In this document: positions 10,501 to 25,078 of the stretch, one piece after another
Position numbering within the stretch: the stretch's first letter is position 1
How the letters are laid out: each line of letters starts with the position of its first letter
Assembly (NCBI GenBank): GCA_030704615.1
Contig: CM060733.1
Location: forward strand, 57,846,001-57,910,000
DNA length: 64,000 nt
Direction of reading: 5' to 3'
DNA from: Takakia lepidozioides
Taxonomy: Eukaryota > Plantae > Bryophyta
Translations under genes and position numbers: made by a program
The notes under the pieces: generated by a model
Seen by the model: the letters and a program-made list of their open reading frames with translations, nothing else
What the model was told of the DNA's origin: nothing
The model's database searches: none

Positions 10501-13500
10501 AGTTTCAAAGGTTTTGACAATGTCAACCAATGAAGCTCCATAGAATCGACATGTTTCTATACTATTGCAATATGATATCATATTTCCTTCAACAATCAGC
10601 AACTGTCTGTAACATGGACTGCAAATACCTTTTTCCAAGTTAACATCGAGTTTAGCGAGAATGGAAGCCTCAACACCCGCAGCCACTACAGCCCGTGCAT
10701 TTGCCTCGATTGTGGAAATATTCTCAAGCACGCAAGCTGCTTTCTCTGCTTGCACCGGGGTCCCAGTGGCCAGCATCTCAATGAGTGGGGGAAGCCCATT
10801 AGCAGCAACTATCTTACCCCTGAAGAGTTTATGGTCCATTTAATCAAACTGAAGGTCAGCAGAAACTTCATATACAAATGGTGAGAACGAAGGCTCTGAG
10901 CAAACCACTCAACAGAGAACATGAAACAAGCAGACTAACAGATGAAACTTGAGATTGTCAAGTTTACTCGAGATTGTCAAGAGACACTCAAGCAGATTGT
11001 CATTAGCTCTGTGCAAGTGTTATGCAGTTCAGGCTGAGTTTTCATAACCCTGTAGCCCCACAACCTGCTCTGTGAGGGTTTGAATCCCACGGGGATTACA
11101 ACATCTTGGGTACATGACAACCAATTTTTAGAGGGAGCGATCCATGACAAGATTGTCAGTTTCTCTCTCCTCCCTCTCCCACCACTAATCTCGTTACATT
11201 TTGTCTGGCAGTCGGTGAAATGCCTGTCTCGAAATAGAGAGCTACAGTAGCAGTTCTAATTGTGTTGGTGTGGTATCAACGGCAGTGTTATGCCACTGTT
11301 GTGGATGCCAATGTCAATCGCTTCTAAAGTTGGTTTTGAACAGATCATTGTGGCTATGAGCTAGCACCATGCCAATTTGAAGCCAGGTTTCATGTGGTGC
11401 TGCGTTACCCACAACTGGCTCACGGACAGAGAGTAGAGTGCAGGTCAGGGTACATCATAGCCAGCATGTGCACATGGAACCTTAAGAAACCCTCAGCTTC
11501 AGCCTTTGTAACGAAGAGACCAAGGGCCAACCTGGGGTCAGGTTTCAGAGCCGATAACTCCTCCAGAATCTCTTCAGCCTCCTCTTTTGTGGCCATGCTT
11601 GCAGTGTTGGAGTCGACGATTGCAACAAGCCCAGGGATGGCCCCTGCTTGCATCTACAATCCAACCAAAGAGCAGCATTCCTATCAGGGCCTGATTTGTG
11701 AAGATCTTCTCACTGAAATCTTGGTGGGACTGAAGCCCCCAAGTTCCCTAATTGCTGTAATTGACCTTAACTATACAAGAATCTAGTTATTATCCAAATT
11801 GCTGGTTTCATGGAAAGACAGCAACACATTAGAAGGTCTCAGGGCCAGACCTGGAATTGAACCCAGACTTACAGTTCACAACCCTGCTTATATCCGCAAC
11901 CAGCTGTTGTCGGTCTATCAGGAACGAACAGGTGAACATCAGGTGGAAAGTCTAACCGGCAGGCTGGTTTGAACATCAGCTGAAATAAGACTTGATGGTT
12001 GCAAAGCTGTTTGATGAGTCACATTATGTTCATGGGCCTACTGTAAGCTAGAATGCCATGTCACTTTGAGAAATATGTGGAGATAGAGGAACACAAAGCT
12101 CACGCAGTGTTTCCAATTCAGAATATGTGACCAAAATATACATCAATGTGAGAGCCTCACAAATTCTGATCACAATTGAGAGGTAACTAAAGACTAAAAG
12201 AAAATATACAACCAAAATAGCCCATGAGAGCAACACCACTACTTTTCGAAACCATAGTATAGAGAGATGTGAGGGGGGCGGGACAGGAAACGGGGACGTG
12301 CTGAAAGTGACCTTGGCTACAGTCTCCTCCTCTTGGTGTGACAACCTGAGCAAAGCGCTCACAACCTGCTCCCAAACCAGGCCCAATTCACCAACTCAAG
12401 TCCAGAAACTCGGAAGTCCGTCAGGAAAATCTCTCACTGCAGTTACTGCACTCCCAAATCACAATTGAAGTTAATATCCACCTTCATGGATGGAATAAAA
12501 GAAAGTACCTTCTCTTTGGTTGTTTGTGGGACATTAGAGGCCCTCAAAATTGCAACCAAAGCAGGAATAGCACCATGTGCATCAATTGAGCGCCGCACTT
12601 TCTGGCTAGACCTCATCCCAAAGTCCAGTGGCACTGGTGTCAATACTCCACTTGCAATTCTACTTCTTTACAATTCCCAAATTTGTCACATTGCATGGGT
12701 GATTGAAATGGTATGAAAAATTAAACATTGCATCCCATAGCAGCACAAGCTTTTACTGTTCAGATAAAAACACAAATTTTGTGCTCCTGTCTACACCTCA
12801 TCACCTCAACAAGTGTAAGAGCAACCAAATTCGTCTTTCAGAAGTGTCTTTCAGAACTGACACGCGACTCCCATAGCTGAACCATAGATCTAGAGAGATT
12901 TGTTGCTTGACTAACTTGTGCAAGATGCACCTCCTCTCCAATAAATTTACATAAGCCCCAATAACATAAACAAAACAGCTAATGCTCACATACACCTGTT
13001 TAAGCCATGCATACATTTCAGACCCATTTTTCCAAAGTATTGAGTACAGTATACAGTGATAAGAAAAAACTCGGGCCGGCATGAAATCTGACTTTCTTCA
13101 GTTTAGAAAATTCATGGACACAATTATCACTGGTTGCACTGAGTAATTTCGGTTAATTTAGAGGTGCTGGAACCAGTGAGCAAGCAGCCAAAAAATGCAA
13201 AATTTCTTACCTCACGCCAAGTTTATCAAGTGCCAAGGCAGCAGCTTCTGTAGTAGCCTCATCTCCACACCCCAGCAGACGCACCAGGTGTGGAACGGCC
13301 CCTGCCTTGTGAATGGCCTGCCGATGGTCTTCATGGATTGCAATTTGTGCCATGGATTCAGCTGCCCGACGAGCAACTGTCAAATCTTCCAAGCTGAGAA
13401 TTAGGACTAGCCGTGGAATGCCATCCCACCAAGGCATGAATGTTATTCTCTCCTCCTCCACGGACGGAAGTGATGCACTCTCCACGTGTTCAGCATTGTA

Positions 13501-16500
13501 TTTTCTAACTTCTTTCTCTATTACACCGATCCGGGCAAGGAACTGCTGTTTCACACGTCCCTCCAATGTAAGCCGAGTTGAGTCGTCAATATCATGGGCG
13601 TCACTTCCCACATTGAGACCAAGCAAAAGTTCCCCAGCACCAAACACAGATTTGACAGGGCTGGGGGCCTCCCCAAGTCTAATGTCGTCTGGCAAAGAAG
13701 GGGCAACTTCCAAGAGAGGTTTGAAAGAGCGGTAGGCACCAGCCCCTATCAGGGGTACTGGCACTAAACCCTCTTCTATGATAGCCAAATTTTGATCAGG
13801 ACTCTTGGCAAGTTCCAGTAGAGCACAGCGGGCCTCCTGTCGAGTTACCTTGGACATTCCTTTGTCCTTCAAAAGTAGCTTGGCCTGCAAGCCAATCAAA
13901 ATGGGTTGCGTTCTCATTGACACACAGCACAACAACCTATTGACCATAGTTCATGATCTGACAGGAAAGGAACAGAAGAACAGAGCCAGGCAAATCAATA
14001 ACAGAGCCACACTCCTTTTTCTCTCTTTGGTCAGGGACACAAGCATATGTCCACAGATGGACAGACTGGAAAATTCAGGGATGACTTAAAAAACCTTTGT
14101 TGCAATCTAATGGCATTCAAGTATCCCTCTTTCCACCAAAATCATAGGAGTACAGAAGACCCACAAGTTTGGGGATGAGCCCAGCTTCAATGAGGACCGG
14201 ATGATTGCTAGGGCTGAGAGACAAGTTGGCTAGCACCCCCGCAGCGGCTTCCCTCTCTCCCTCTCGCTCTGAATCCACCATAGCCATCAGCACTGGCAGC
14301 AGCTCGAGGTCAGCAATTTTTGTTCTTTCCTTTTCATCCACCGAAATGTTCCATAGGACGCACATTGCTTGCTCTCTTACCTACATCAAAATACTGAGAA
14401 TAGAGTTAGAAACATGGGCTATGGAGCTTGACTTAGTCTTCCCAAATTAATCACTATGTCATCATTATGAGTTTCTCATCTAATTTCATCACTTACACAT
14501 TATCTGGACCAGGCCACTCCAGAAGCTCATCATGATCCTGATTCAGAAAGACTGCTTCGGCCACTTATGATTATATTGTCGAACATAGATTAAGCTTTTA
14601 GGCTAATACACTCAAAATAGCCAACAAAAAGTACAGGAAGAAATAGTAAATAGCATGTGAATTCACCCAGATCAGCCTAGAACAAGGAGACTGTACCTAG
14701 GGATTGCCTCCCAAACAACATAGAATGATGGTCATTTGGGCATGGTGGGTAGAGAAAGAGAGAGCTCCATAAGAATCCAAGGTATTGGAGGCTTCAGGTG
14801 ACGCTGCTATAAGTCTTCAGGGAACATGGCAAATATTGCAAAAGCTGTCATGCTTGTTGGTGTAGGCTTTCCGAGCTGTTTGCTGGCGTTCCACCATTTA
14901 GTACAAAGATTCAAAACAGGTCTTCATAACAATGGGTTACTTCAACTGGACCAAACATGTGATAGATGCATTCCAGCTTTCTAGGATTCCTAGTAGTTGT
15001 CAAGAGGAAGTGCCAGCAGCCACTAGGACAAAAGTTCCACGTCATTCCTTGGATTGCTGTGGGTTCGATGTGCTTCACCATACAGGTGGTTTAATTCATT
15101 TGAAACTGTGAGCATTTTGGCATGGAACAGGCCCTTTAAAGCCTTCCAAGTTTTCAAAATCAGACAAGTTGCTTAGAAGGGCTTGCACCAAACAGTGAAC
15201 TGGAATTGTAGTGCTATTGGCTTGGGATGTGCTCAACTTGGCAGGAGAATCTTCAGCACGTCTACCCAGTTGACATCTAGTGACTCAAAACACCTCAAAA
15301 AGGGTTTTTTGGGCCTTCTTGATGCTTTGCCAGGAAATTTATTTTTTTGCCTTGCAAACTCCAATGCAAGAAAGTTAACGTTGAGTGTTCGTACATGAGA
15401 AAAGAAGTACAGGGACACTTATTTTAACTCACCTCGGGAGAAATTGTGCGGCGAGTGAGTAAACCTGCTATCTCTTCCACTGCCCCAGCGTCAACCACCA
15501 AAGACCTGTCAGTCAGAACAGTTTCTCACAGCAATGAAAACCTTAGATTTCCCCAGGAGACAAGACATGTCCATCTGACAGCATAAAAAAAGAAGGGTGA
15601 CGTCAAGTCCTTGCACCAAATCAAAGGCAGTAAACCCTTAAAAGAAGAACAGGGGAGAGAGAATGAGGAGAAAACTTCTAACATTCACAGGAAGCCCGAT
15701 CAGCATATGAAACAATCCAGGAAAGCAGTGAGAGAAACCAAGAGGGGAGACAGATGATGTCCCTCTCAGATGCTAACCCTGTCAGAGCCAATTGTTGAGT
15801 CTCTCATCCAAAACTCAGTTCGAGATTTGCTATGGTGGCTGTGCAAAACTGACAAGTCGGTTAACAGCTTGATCGGGTGGTAATTTAAGAGCCAGCTCAT
15901 GCACAGAGAGGAAAGACACAACTCCTGATCAGATCTATCATGTAAAAACACCGGAAAGAGATGATAGAATGGTATATACCTGTACGTACTGACTGTGGAG
16001 ATGCTGCGTAGAAGACCACAGGCTGCCTCAGCTGTCTCTAACCTATCGGATGGAAGTAGGGACACGACGAGATTCAAGCATCCTGGGAATGCAACAATCT
16101 CATCTATGCTTTCCTTCCCACGCTTTGAGTGCCGCCACAGTGCCAGCACGGCCTCCTCTCTATCCTGGACTGGGTTGTCTAACCCTAGCGATCGTACAAA
16201 TAATCCAACATACCCTTCCTGAACTTGAAGACCAGCTTTGTATGGGGGATTTAGGCCATGGTCTGTCTGGTCACCCCCATATTCCCTAGCAGCTTGCGGT
16301 TCACCTTCAGCATTGAGACCCTGCATTGCAATTTGTAAGTTCCATCCTATGCAGAGCACATAGATTTCTATGTCAGTTGTGCAGCTTGCCAGGCCTCTAG
16401 GGAAATTACCACACTCCACAGTTCAGTGGTACATTACTAAGTCCAGCGCACTGAATGTTGAGAATTCTCTCCTCTACCAAATTCAGGTTGCTTGCTACTA

Positions 16501-17328
16501 ATTCCATACCACTTGATCATGGTTCAAAAGAGTTCTATCACAGGCAGGATGTCAATACCTTCAGGGAAAAAGTGTCCGAGTTTTTATAAAACCTGCTATC
16601 TTATGCTCAGAAGCAATATAGAGCAAAACCAATTAGAGGCTGCTCTTGAATGTAAAATTCGTGGTTATATGACACTAATAAATGCGTGAGTCCCATGGAA
16701 TGCAGCAGTAAAATTAACAAGAAAGGTTCCAATCCAACTACAATATCTCCCTAGCCAGTCATGCACACTGTGAATATCACAATCTTCGTACTAGAAAAGC
16801 ACCTTGTTGAGCACCGGTACAGGTTACTGGTAACTCGAGAAAGATACGTTGCAGTGCCAGTCACGCTGGGAAGCGACAAGGCTCCTCTAAATAATTATCT
16901 ATTCCATGAGGAAAGGAGGTGAGCAAGCTAGGTGCCCGGAGGTTTACCAAATACTGCAGAATTTCCTCTGTTGCAGGGGGCAATGAATGCCACGAAGTAT
17001 CATTCACTTCGTCCTCACCCTCCTTACGGCCATGAAGAGCATTGGCACGTACATTTTGAGTGCTATCAGAACAACCAGCTCCCACCAAGCTGTGGCTCCG
17101 TGTCCGCCTACCGAAATATCTCAATTTCCAGAGTTGCGTTGACGACCGCCGGACATACGACCTCTGTGAATAACGATGTTGATTCAAACAACTTCCAAGT
17201 GCATTTAACGGAGAAATTGGAGAAGATACTGTAAGGTATCGAGAACTCGCCAGACCATGGTGAGGTATGCACAATCCTGGTCTTGACTTAGCAGACCAAT
17301 GCAAGGAACGAACCAATTCCATGCTCAT
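7591..17328 (-). CDS. Armadillo (ARM) repeat protein, At1g23180-like, about 10 exons
   Basis: Exons near 17328-16950, 16330-15980 (YVGLFVRSLGLDNPVQDREEAVLALW..FPGCLNLVVSLL), 15507-15433, 14383-14165, 13887-13211, 12610-12509, 12368-12310, 11653-11541, 10850-10629 and 8201-7591. Recurrent ARM signatures AGAIPxLV and GGIFPLVDLL. The Ser/Arg-rich N-terminus resembles a transit peptide. Confidence 0.88.
8296..10530 (-). mobile_element. 5'-truncated RTEX-like LINE with reverse transcriptase, in the last intron of the ARM gene
   Basis: 14-bp TSD TGAAGCTCCATAGA at 8282-8295 and 10531-10544. RT motifs PGNYHGITLL, QAGFR, FLDVKKAYDTV, QGCTLSPLLF, MFADD and YTYLG, followed by a CCHC knuckle. Several frameshifts. 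Confidence 0.95.
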
Positions 17329-17672
17329 GTCTGTAACTTGAGTAATGCGCTCTATTTCCTCGTGTGTGCAGTTCAATCTGAGCTCAACGGATCAAAGCAC
17401 ACTCGATCCGCCATAGCCAAAAGCACAACCAAGGTTTATCAACGGGCAACCGGTGATGACCGGTCAGACCTTCATTGTAGGGTACTGCCGCGGAGACCGC
17501 GCAGGCCCCCTGCGCGGTGGCAGGATGCCACCGCAAGTGTGCCCCACGTTCCGGGAACAGGTTACTTACGAAGGGAACGGATCAAGCATGGCAAACACAA
17601 ACCCTAAAACTTAACGCCTTCTCTCTCCTCTCCATCAGCAAGGCTGCCTTGTTTTGCAATACCGAGACGGCT
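17329..17672. promoter_or_regulatory. Compact bidirectional promoter (ARM / eIF3d) with a telo-box
   Basis: 344 bp between divergent ATGs (17328 and 17673). AAACCCTAA at 17599-17607 upstream of eIF3d; GC-rich core. Confidence 0.65.
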
Positions 17673-20600
17673 ATGGCGTGGACAAACTTTGCAGTGCCTG
17701 AAGTGGCTGAGAACGCCGATGGATGGGGTCCTGGAGCTGGAAGTGTACCCTCCCAGCTGGAATATGTGCCTTACGCGCCCTTTAACAAGGCTGACCGTGT
17801 AGGCCGAGCCTCCGACTGGACTGCGCAGGCGTTTAAATACGCTTCCGGTCTTTTTCTCTCTCGTTCTCATTGTTTGTCTTTCCATGCATGAACTCTTTGT
17901 TTGGATCTTATGAGGGGATGTATGAAAAGCTAAGCGTTCGAGGTTTTGTTTTTTAAAACAGCCTTAATGAAACCTCGTTGCTAGCAAAAATTTTATGCTG
18001 AAGATTTGTAACCGCTGTGAATTCTGGCTCATCCATACAGAACTGCACTACATTGTAAGGGACTGCCACCAGATTGATTGCTGGCTATTCAGCTCACATC
18101 TGGTAACCGCAAATTCTAGATGCGCACACAGTTAGGGTTAGTTTCGAGTCACTGAGGGCGGAGGTGTAGCAGGGGCTGTCAGTTGTAAGACAAATGTCCA
18201 AAATGACTCAAAACGGACTGCTGGGCACCAAGCCATTTCTAGGGTTGGGTTCAGTCCAGTGGTGTAGGACGGTATCTTAGAATACTGTGTGGGTTATAAT
18301 GGGGGTTCCTGCAGTAAAGTGAGAGATTGCTCCTGGGTGATATGGATTCATTTCCTGGCAAAAGAACTGAAAATTCTGCTTAAGCTCAGTTCATTTAGCC
18401 TAGAGTATGGCTTGTTTTGCATGCTCTAGAGGTAAGATGGAGTGTATGTCGTTTTTCTGCCAGGTGATTCACACTGATGTAAGCAATTACCCTGGACATT
18501 TAAGTCATCCTTGTTTGATGATGCATTCGACTCGCGTGGCACCCCAACCATGTAGAGGAACTAGCTGGAGACTCTAGATGAAGGTGACATGCTGCTTGCA
18601 GAGATGATGACTTCGTATGTAGGCGAGGCTCCAAGCTGGGTGGCTAATGGTTGATTGATATTGGCCCTTGCAGGTAGATATGATCGAAACAACAATGGTG
18701 GAAATGCTGTCTTCAACTTCTTCCATAATGAGGACGAGGTGATAATCTGATGCAGCTGTTGTCCCTTCCCACCCTTTGTGTGAAATGCAGAGGAAGATTT
18801 TATTTCTGAACTTGTTGAATTGTTACAAATTTTTACAAATTTTTAAACTTTGTTTTCACTTTGCTGTATTAGCTGTGGTAAGAATGCTATGTTTCAGTGT
18901 GGTGCAACATTGTGACAGGGTAGTACGCTTTGGCAAATATATTTCCAGTAATTTGTGTGTTTGTTAAATGTGTAAAGGCTCTGTGGATCATCTTCTTTCT
19001 ACCATTCCAACAATTCTCAAGGGAAGTAACTGGTTATGACATGGTTGTTGTGTATGTGGATCAGGATTCCTTTCATCTGGTTGACACGCGGCCCGCTCCC
19101 AGACCCAAGTATGGTCGCAAATTTCAACAGGTACCTCCACTTCTGTTCTGGTCAATCTATTTTACATTAATAACCGCTTGTATTCTATCTGGAAATTTAC
19201 AGATCCCAAGCCAATTTTGCGATGGAAGCTGTCTAAGTCATTTATGGGTTTGAGATGCCAGGCATCTTGGAAAAGATAATTGTTGACGCAGATTACAGTT
19301 ACTCCAGAGTTTCTATCATACCCTGGGGTGTGTGCATGAGATTGAAGGGACACACAGCCTCTTTGTCTAGTTTCACAGTCAGATATGAGCAGCGGTGCTA
19401 TGCACACAACCAAGACTGAAGTTCTCCAACTGAGTGTGTTTTGTGTTTGTGTTTGTAGCGCTTCCAAAGGAGAGAAAGAGATGAAGGCAGGCGGGATGGA
19501 GGCCGTGACAGTGGGGCAGGTGCTGACAGAGAGAGGCAGCGCCGGGAGAGATTGCAGCAACAAAAGAGAGGACAATGGAATGCCTACTGGCAGGACAAAA
19601 ATGCCCCACGCGTCGTCTACAACAGCTCGGTATCGACTGTTGTTCTATCAAGTTTCCAACAAGATTTCATGCTGTTTTATTCTCAAACTCCTCCCTTTTC
19701 TTGTAAAGCATGGCAAATCCTACGCATGACTCTTTCGACATGCCATTGGGTGTTTCCAGGTGGACATTCGCCCTGAATGGACGGTTCTGGAACAAATTCT
19801 TCTCACATCCCTGTCAAAGCTTAGCTACGATGTTGGCGAGCCTCAAGACATGTGAGCCCTCTGGCTATATCTGTACATGTTGCATTTGTTGTTTTCTTCT
19901 GCAGTATTCAAGGTTGAACCAATCAATCTATTTAAACCAAGAATTAGGTTTCTGGTTCAGGCAACGTAGAAGTAGTGTAGGGTTTCAGTAAGATTTCTGA
20001 AGCTGACAGCTGTGTGGGTTCAGACCCACAAACTGGGATTTCCCATGTTCTCAATGTTCACATTTTGACATGGGGGCAAACTAGGCTCTCCCATTCAGGG
20101 CTGATGTGCAGGAAGAAAATTTCTAAAATGCTTCACAAAGAAGAACCACGGCCTGATTTTCCATTTGCTGTATGGAATCTCCTGAAGGTTTTGCAACCTT
20201 GTTAGACACATTTACCTCAATGGATCATTCATGATGTTTGACTCATTCAATCTTTGGGAATCTACCAGACTATGGAATGTGAACAGGCCCATCGAGAGTT
20301 CAGTTATGATATTACTGTAGTGAGACAAGATGTATTAACAGGCATTTTTTATTTGTATTGAAGAAAGGTTGTCTTAAAATTGAAGACATGTTGTTGGTGT
20401 GCAGTACAACATGTGGTGCACTGGAGTATTATGACAAGGCCTTTGACCGTGTGACTCCTAAGGTTGGGCTGCCGTGGCATTTTCTTTTGTTTGTCTTCTG
20501 TTTTCTCTGCCAGCCTGCTTCAAAGATATGGAGTTTGATGTATGCTGTTTCATCTGTGGTTACTTCATTCTTAGCAACTGGGTTTAGCTTAGGTTTATTC

Positions 20601-23600
20601 CAGTGTTAGGCGGTTATTTGAATTTCTCTCTAATACCCAGCGGTTACCTATCCGGTTATATATATATATGACCGGCGGAGGTGAAAAAATGAAGTAACCG
20701 GTCCAGTTAGGAACCGGCGGAGGTCACGCATTCAAATAACCGAGCAAAAAAACTCTTAAAAGAACTGCCCAATACCCGCGGTTATTTGATGAAAACCGCC
20801 GGTTATTAGAGGTTTTGCAAGTAACCGTAACCGCTGAGGTTATATTTAGCCATAAAAAATTTAATAACCGCCCAACACTGGTTTATTCTTCAGAACTCAT
20901 CTTTGTAAGAGGATGTTCAAGTTAAGGAGCCAAGAAGTTTCAAGTTAGATCGTTGAGTACACTGATGTGGTTGTGTATGGGGAGGGCAACAGACAGAGCG
21001 ACCTCTGGAAAGATTTGAGAACCGGCAGTTCTATAAGGTTACCACCACTGACGACCCTGTCATCCGGTATGTATCCAACTCTATCTACCACACTTACAAT
21101 GAGGCTTGCAGCATACCTTTGTTGATTTCCTATCCAAGAAACTGCTAATAACCTGGAGGGAAAGGTCGGCATTGCATCCTTTTGTCGTGCTCTCTAAGAA
21201 AAGAGGAAATACCCCATATCACCCTTTTCTAACGTCTTCCTTTTCTAACGCCACCGGGGTGTCTGCAACCAAAACCCGCCCAGTATTGGAGCCTCAATAT
21301 GAGAAGCTGTGATTGGTGGCTTCTTTTCACCAAAACACTGCCCCCGCCCCCTGCCCCCCCCCCCCCCTTCAGCTGTAATGTGGCTGCTGCGTGCTCTCTC
21401 TCACAGAAATATACACACAAGTTGCCCTCTCAGACAGCACTTGTACTGAGGTCACCCAATGTACATTGTGTTTTAAAAATGCATGTTTGCATTCCCGAAA
21501 TCTGTAAGCCTTGAACCTGTAGAAGTCTTGCACTTGTGACTATTTGACAAAGTTACTTCAAAATTGTTACAGGCGATTGCTGTTGGAGAGCGAAGATGTG
21601 GGCACAGTATTTGCAACAGACGCGATCCTGTCAACCCTTATGTGTGCGCCCCGTTCCATGTATTCCTGGGATATTGTCGTCCAGCGGGTGGGCAATAAGC
21701 TGTTCTTCGATAAACGCGACTCCTCTTTTGATCTTCTCACTGTGAGTAACCTTTTCAGTCAAAGAAAATCGATGAATCTTCAAAAGAGCCATTTTCTGTT
21801 CAATGTGTCTTTACATTGTACGCTTGAGCTACTTTGATGGCCTTGTGCAAATTGTGACAGATGAGATGTGAACTCCATGGTAAGAATGACAGTGGTCAAG
21901 AGCAGTGAAGTACTGGCTGCTGTTAGGAATGAGCTGACCAGGTGGAAGAAGTATGACTTAATGGATGGTGATGTTAGTACCACCGGTTAATGGATGTTAT
22001 TTATGTTATTTTGTATGCATGGATTCCATTCGTGTTAGCTTGGCTGAAGTGTTGTGCCGTCATTTTTGTGTGTGGCTTTTGCTGCCAAGTTGTCAGCTTG
22101 TTGCTTAAAGTCCTTTGTTTCGTGTTAGGTAAATGAGACAGCCCAGGAGCCTATCCCGGAGGAGAAAGAGAGCATCAATTCCATGCACTCTTTGAGCCAG
22201 GAGGCCACCTTCATCAACCAGAATTTCTCACAACAAGTGCTCCAGAAGGTGGGTTGCAGAGAATTCAATAAAGGGTTTTTCAAATATCAAGGGTCCTGAT
22301 TTGTTTGGTATCTACACCCCATTGGTGTGAACCTCAGCTTGTCTTTGACTTTGTAGCAGTTTGTTTCCAGCCAGACTTTCATGGATTGTTGGGGTTTTGT
22401 TAATGAACAGGATGGAAAGAAGTACGAGTTTAAGGAGCCTAATCCATTTTCTTCAGAGAATGAGGAAGTGGCATCTGTTGCATATCGGTACCGCAAATGG
22501 AAGCTAGATGAGGTGAGGCTCTTACCCTGAGTATTTTCACCAGAGGGAAATCAGCTGAACCCGTAGGTGTCTTGAACAGAATATGAAGTTAATGAAGGGC
22601 ACATTCTTTATCTCTCCCATCCATGTCGGGGCACATATTCATCCACAAACTTGGGCAGTAGTTAAGTTCAAATCAATATCCCAATCAATCTGACATGGTT
22701 TATCTAGTCTATTTCTACTATATGTTTCAATCTGAAGCTTGAGCATACCTAATGGTACATGATGGTGTACGATGTGACCGGTGATGGTTATGATGACGCA
22801 AACCTGATAGAGCCACCCTAGTGGCCATGTACACACTGTGCTCTGGAATATTTGTTGTCACCTTCTATTCCAACCAACTGAATCCACAGCACTGCTTTTT
22901 CTTTGCATGGCATCAATGCACGATTGTTTTTGGGACTGAGAATGTTTGTAACTCTGTTGGTGGCACTGAAAAAACTAAACGGGAAACTGAAGACTGCCTT
23001 CACCCGCGACAACCATCTGGACATACATGGTGGGGTGTGCAAATTCTTGAAGCATGAAAAGATTCTTACACTCTTGATTATGGGTTTTGGATGTTTGTCC
23101 AGGAAACAACACTGGTGGCAAGGTGTGAGTTACAGAGTGTGGCTGAAGTCAAGGGCCAGGAGGTTCTGTTGACTGTTAATGCTCTGAATGAGTTTGACTC
23201 CAGGATTACTGGAGTCGACTGGCGGCAGAAGATTGAGAACCAGCGAGGAGCGGTGGGTAGAATATATGCCTGCAACTCATCCTGCTCTGGAACCTTTGGT
23301 CTACGAATTCCTATTGTGTTTTCTCATAGCTGTCATGGCCTGTACATTTCACAATACATATATGAATATGCTTCTGTAAGGAGGGATTTTGAAACTAGGC
23401 CAAGGCAGATATATAGTTTGCCATCTTATGGGCTAAGTGGACTCCATCCACATGGATAAGTTTATAACGATGAAATTTGATTTGCATTTTATGTGATATA
23501 TATTTTTTTCTTTATGTATGCAGGTTCTCGCCACAGAGCTTAAGAACAATGCCAACAAGCTAGCTAAGTGGACTGCCCAAGCTCTTCTTTCTGGGGCAGA

Positions 23601-25078
23601 ACAGGTAACTCCCCTCTTTGTACCTTTTCTTTGTCTTGATAGGTGGAGAGACAGGTATGGATGAAGGTGCTGAGTCGACAGTACACATGATGAGCTAAGA
23701 CAGATACTGTGACTGTTTTCCACAGTAGCACATGACCGGTCGAAAGGGTGCCAGGTCCAAATTGCCCCCAAAATTCTTAAATATTATAACTGTTGCTCAT
23801 TTCAAGATTTCTCTCTTACTTGCAGATGAAGCTTGGATATGTGTCAAGGGTGCATCCCAAGGACAACTACAACCATGTTCTGCTCACAGTTCAGGGCTAC
23901 AAGCCAAAAGAATTCGCTGCTCAGATCAACCTCAATGTCAACAATATGTGGGGCATTCTAAAGGTTTGCAATTGCCTCTCTGAGTGTTTCGACTGTGCCA
24001 GACCTGTGTAGATGGCTGCAGTTGTAGAATTAACAGAATCAGTTGTAGTATCTACTACGTATCTGTATCTAGTTTGTGAGACTGCTACAAGAGAGTTTTC
24101 TGTAGGCTTCATACCCTGAAGAGTACATCACAGCAACCTGCAAAGGGGACAGCCACTCAGTATATCAAATGAAAGTGCAGATCCCATTGTCTCTCTTTTT
24201 CAGTGTTACTGCACTGCTCTCTCCTTAACATGTCTAGTTTGTTTCGGAGGAAAGACACACCATCCTCACACAGTATCTTGTCGTTTAGTGTATTTGCTAC
24301 TTCTGCTCTGTGTTAAATTGTTTCTTGGGGAAGTTTACTCCTTGCACCCCTATGTATCCCCTACAACCCGGAAATAGACTCTTCTTTCGTCATTTACTGG
24401 GTATTGTAAGCTGAAAATTATCAATGGACGTCGTTAGTGGTAAGCACTAAGGGTACAATTATGAGAAGTTGAAAGTGTAATCTACTGACTTAGCTGCTTC
24501 CACTCTGCAGACTGTGGTGGATATCTGTATGAAATTAGATGAAGGCAAGTACTTGCTTGTCAAGGACCCCAACAAACCCCTCATCAGGTACTCGGCAAAT
24601 TTTACAACTTCAGATTATCAAATGTGTCATCAGTCAAACTATGTTTTGTGTTTTGTGTAGTATTAAATGAAGTGGCAGGATGGATATACATTATTAGCAT
24701 CAGAATGCAAGTTAAGATTGATAGATCAGGCTAGCATTTGTGCAGTCCATTTTGTTGGTTCATTCTTAAGTTGCCAGAAGCTAATTCACTCCTAAGTGGT
24801 TATGCAGGTTATATTCAGTGCCAATGGACGCCTTTGAAAATGATTATGCAGAGGAGCCCCTTCCAGAGGTAAAATTGTGCAAAACACGCCCCCGTCCTCC
24901 TGAGTAGGAAAAGGACAGCTCCTTTCAGGCATGTGCTAGACTTCTTTTTGTGGCCCTACCTCTATGTCCTGCTTGACTTAAATGTTTGTTTTAACAGGAC
25001 GAGCAAGCACCCCCACCAACTGAAGCTGAAGAGAAAACTGAGCAGGTCGAAGAAAAGGATGTCGACATTGAAATTTAG
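17673..25078 (+). CDS. eIF3d: Eukaryotic translation initiation factor 3 subunit D, about 16 exons
   Basis: Exons encode [188 protein letters not shown] and [12 protein letters not shown]. Stop TAG at 25076-25078. Confidence 0.96.
20601..20880. mobile_element. hAT-type MITE (280 bp) in an eIF3d intron
   Basis: TIRs CAGTGTT(A/G)GGCGGTTATT...AATAACCGCCCAACACTG; 8-bp TSD GTTTATTC (20593-20600 and 20881-20888); internal AACCG/CGGTT repeats. Confidence 0.92.

Noticed and set aside
10306-10839. 177-aa ORF as a standalone gene
   Set aside because: It is a chimera of an ARM exon, intron sequence and the LINE 5' portion.
11841-11900. tRNA-like T-arm on the minus strand (similar B-box-like bits at about 11077, 33470, 45848, 46281 and 46330)
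   Set aside because: No complete cloverleaf or A-box; at most decayed SINE heads.
21341-21367. Poly-C tract / potential G-quadruplex in an eIF3d intron
   Set aside because: Simple homopolymer with no supporting evidence of function.
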